64,000 bases of DNA from Camelus ferus. Its lineage: Eukaryota. The translations under genes were made by a program, and so were the position numbers. Below, piece by piece: positions 63,033 through 64,000 of the stretch (its first letter is position 1; each line of letters begins with the position of its first letter). The stretch is taken from assembly GCF_009834535.1 (NCBI RefSeq), contig NC_045715.1, forward strand, positions 26,722,001-26,786,000, given 5' to 3'. Below the pieces are notes generated by a model. That model ran no database searches, was not told the DNA's origin, and saw only the letters and a program-made list of their open reading frames with translations.

Positions 63033-63528
63033 GGGCCTTACCTGGCCGGCCTCAATGCTGAGCATCTCGCCTGCAGGAGACTGCAACCCCTGAAGGAAAG
63101 AGAGGCAGTTCTTACACATGATTTCTCTCAAATGCCTCTCCTGGGCTGACTTTCCCCGCCCCGTCTTCCAGTAATTTTCCTGAGTCACCTCTCCCCATCA
63201 CTAACCCGATCATGCTTAGCAAACAAAATCATTTCCATGTTGGCCTCGGTGACCTTGAAGTTACAAGAGCCTGCTGCTTAAATACTGTGTTAAAAAAAAT
63301 CCCTGTCCAAATGGAGACCTATTCTGGGTGGTGCTTCAGGAACCAGGCACCATCCCTTTGTAGTCTTACAAAAGCCCCGAATTTAAAGAGAAGAAAACTG
63401 ATGTTAGTGAGGACGAGCAGCTTCCTGCTGTCACACAGCTGGCAAGTAGGTCTGGGATTTGCACCCAGGCTGTGGACCTTGGCCACAGGCTCCTGCCTAG
63501 GCCCCTGCTTCCTTCCCTTAGTTTGGGT

Positions 63529-63746
63529 CAGGAACTCTCAACCAGGGGTGATTTTACTCCCTCTGAGGACATTTGCAATGTTGAGAGAGATTCTCAGTTG
63601 TCACAGCTGGTTTGAGGAGGATGTCACTGGCATCTGGTAGCTGTAGGGCAAGGATGCTGCTGAACACCCTACCATGGACGGGTCAGCCCCCCAACAAAGA
63701 ATTCTCCAGTCCAAGATGCCCACAGAGCTGAGGTTGGGGAACCCTG
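63529..63746 (+). mobile_element. MER20
   Basis: ctctcaaccaggggtgattttactccc..ggacatttgcaatg...ggcaaggatgctgctgaacaccct...aacaaagaattctccagtccaa..gaggttggggaaccctg. Confidence 0.9.
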
Positions 63747-63938
63747 GTTTATATAATTGGCACATCTCTCTCCTCCTTTTCTCTGCCCATCTTTTTTAAG
63801 CCTGGCCCAGAGGCGGGGAAGGAAGGCTCTCCTGCGGGAGGGGGCTCAGTGGGTGGAAGCAGGGTCTCTCCTCTGTTCTCGTCCTCTGCTGTCCTTCCCC
63901 GTCATCCGCACCATTCACTGCACCCTGTACTCTCTCAG

Positions 63939-64000
63939 GTCCACATCGACACCAAGAGTGCTTCCCAGATGTTTGAGCTGATCCACAAGAAGCTGAAGCA
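63939..64000 (+). CDS. DAAM2: DAAM2 exon 10 (truncated by the window end)
   Basis: tctctcAG|GTC; VHIDTKSASQMFELIHKKLK, open to the window edge. Confidence 0.95.

Overview
Eutherian mammal genomic DNA. It is probably a cetartiodactyl and possibly a camelid, inferred from the L1 3' end style and the lack of Alu, B1/B2, Can-SINE, PRE-1, Bov-tA and CHR SINEs. The window holds the 5' coding part of the formin gene DAAM2 on the + strand. About 47 kb of non-coding DNA (most likely intron 1; no CpG-island promoter or exon 1 is visible) is followed by nine coding exons, human exons 2-10, with the last cut by the window edge. They encode about 368 aa of the GBD/FH3 region, and all introns have GT-AG boundaries. 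The rest is ordinary repeat-rich intronic DNA (MIR, L2, L1, CR1/L3, ERV/MaLR LTRs, hAT and Tigger fossils) plus three N gaps. The main anomaly is in the first coding exon, which is 169 nt instead of 168. An extra A at about 47093 gives a premature TGA at 47101, while a second ATG in a perfect Kozak context (GCCGCCATGG, ATG at 47057) is now in frame with all downstream exons. This is most likely an assembly or sequencing error, but if real it would give DAAM2 a new N-terminus under uORF control. The other points of interest are candidate cis-regulatory elements. I found no convincing evidence of a wholly new gene system. Repeat family names and orthologue comparisons come from recalled consensus sequences, not database searches, and repeat boundaries are approximate unless TSDs or termini are given.
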